Shown here: positions 61,563 through 64,000 of the stretch, one piece after another
Layout of the letters: each line of letters begins with the position of its first letter
How positions within the stretch are numbered: position 1 is the stretch's first letter
Assembly (NCBI RefSeq): GCF_009914755.1
Contig: NC_060925.1
DNA: 64,000 nt
Source of the DNA: the human T2T-CHM13v2.0 reference genome, Homo sapiens
Direction: 5' to 3' (one strand)
Notes under the pieces: model-generated
What the model saw: the letters and a program-made list of their open reading frames with translations, nothing else
Databases searched by the model: none
Told to the model about the DNA's origin: nothing
Position numbers and translations under genes: made by a program

Positions 61563-61924
61563 TCAGTCTTGCTCTGTCGCCAGGCTGGAGTGCAGTGGTG
61601 CGATCTCGGCTCACTTCAACCTCCGCCTGCTGGGTTCAAGTTGTTGTTTTTTTTTAAATTGAATTTGAACCCTTTCATGCTGGCAAGCATGGACTCTGGT
61701 CCTCTACAAATTCTAGCCCTTGCTACAGTTTACACATTTCCCAATGCCTGGACCTCGAGGGCTTTTTTTACCTGGAGTAATGAGAATAGGCAGAAGACAT
61801 CCACAGACCTACACCTTCCCTGCCATCCCAAAGCTCTCAGAACTTATGGGAAGCTCTTCTTAAATTACTTCAAAAGCCAGTTATAAGTCAGAAATTCTTA
61901 TTTTATTATAGTCACATAGCATTT

Positions 61925-62217
61925 ATTTTTCTTTTTATTATTCTTAGAGTTGGGGTCTCACTCTGTCACCCAGCCTGTAGTGCAGTGGTGCCATATTACC
62001 TCACTGTAACCTCAAACTGCTGGGCGTAAGTGATCTACACATCTCAGCCTCCCGAGTAGCTGGGACTACAGGCATGTGTCACCACATCTGGCTAATTTTT
62101 AGAGACAGGGTCTCATTATGTTGTCCAGGCTGGTCTTGAATTCCTGGCCTCAAATGATCCTCCCCCCTCCCTCCCAAAGTGCTGTGATTACAGGTGTGAA
62201 CCCATGTGCCCGGCCTC
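61925..62217 (-). mobile_element. AluJ-like
   Basis: Diverged reverse Alu. Confidence 0.85.
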
Positions 62218-62322
62218 ACATTGTTCTGATCAGAAATAAAATTACTCAGGTTGTTCATGCCCCACTTTTTCAAAAGCATTTGCTGGGAAGGGCTTTGACT
62301 GGTTTCTGAAAGTCACAAGTAT

Positions 62323-62402
62323 CTGCTAAGTATATGCATACTAAAGATAAAGGTACTGCGGCTGCTAAGTATATGCATACTAAAGATAAAGGTACTGCGG
62401 CT
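62323..62402. repeat. Perfect tandem duplication, 2 x 39 bp
   Basis: ctgctaagtatatgcatactaaagataaaggtactgcgg occurs twice. Confidence 0.97.
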
Positions 62403-62683
62403 CAAAGTTGTTCTTCCTTTAGGTGAAAACACGGGGTCATGCTAGAGTCATAAGAGTCAGGGACTGGATTCCTGGTCCCTGTTTGTACGTGGATAAGTTA
62501 ACTGACTTCTTTAGTCTAATCAAAATGAGAGAAGATATCATTTATTTAAAGATCCTGACATATACTCCTTCAGATAAGCCTTAAATCCTCCCCCATCCCT
62601 CCTTCTGGCTTAGGAAAACCTACAACTAAAAACTACAGCCCAATCTCTGCTTGAAACTTTGCACTGCTGAAAAAAGATCTTGA

Positions 62684-63378
<695 letters not shown>

Positions 63379-63848
63379 TGACTGCATAGCTCATTTGGTG
63401 GATTCCTTCAGTAAATGAGTAAATAGAATAATATTTTGACAATATAGAGTTCTTTACTGACTGCTATTTCAAACTTAAAATATAGTGAGCTGCAATTCCT
63501 TGTATTAGCCCTAGAACAGAACAATGTGCTGAACAGCTCCTCATTATTTGTTAACAGTTTTAAATGAAGCTAATTCCAAATAATAAAACTCAAGATAGAG
63601 AATTTCAAATATGCTGACTCCTTGAAAATGTTATAACAGAGCTGCATATTTCAAATTTACTAGGAGGCAAAAAGGCCATCCTAAAAAAACAGACTGATGA
63701 GTTGTAGTTTGTGGTCTAATTGTCATCATCTGCCATATGAAGTTCAGTGCACTTGGAATTTTAACTTTCAAAATGTAAATTATTTTATCCTGAAATGTTC
63801 TTACTCCAGAGAAGAATAACCATCTTGATATTAAAAACTCTATCAAGA

Positions 63849-64000
63849 ACCAGGCACAGTGGCTTATGCCTGTAATCCCAACCCTTTGGGAGGTTTAAGC
63901 AAAGGATTGTTTCAGCCCAGGAGTTCAAGACCAGCCTGGGCAACATAGCAAGACCTTGCCTCTCTAGTTAGAAGAAAAAAAAAATTAGCTGGGTGTGGTG
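63849..64000 (+). mobile_element. Alu (partial, cut by the window end)
   Basis: Left arm plus A-rich linker. Confidence 0.85.

Overview
Human (primate) genomic DNA, AT-rich and repeat-dense, lying entirely inside the minus-strand PLD5 gene (catalytically inactive PLD3/PLD4 paralogue; chr1q43 from memory). Only two coding exons are visible: a 169-bp exon at 24428-24596 and a 112-bp exon at 1392-1503 (probably exons 3 and 4). They are joined in frame across a 22.9-kb intron; the upstream intron exceeds 39 kb. The rest is intronic: about 30 Alus (including a young AluYb8), L1, L2 and MIR fragments, solo ERV1/MaLR LTRs, hAT/Tigger/MADE1 DNA transposons and microsatellites. Nearly all ORFs in the supplied track are repeat-derived or chance ORFs. 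I found no new multi-gene system. The most unusual items are a tailless retrocopy of the 5' half of tRNA-Leu(CAG) with a perfect 17-bp TSD, a ~240-bp locally templated insertion splitting an L1, a dense ERR/NR5A-type site cluster with a 21-bp palindrome, a PBX-HOX/MEIS motif cluster, a candidate in-frame cassette exon, and recent tandem duplications. Repeat subfamily names come from recalled consensus sequences, and repeat boundaries are approximate unless a TSD is given.
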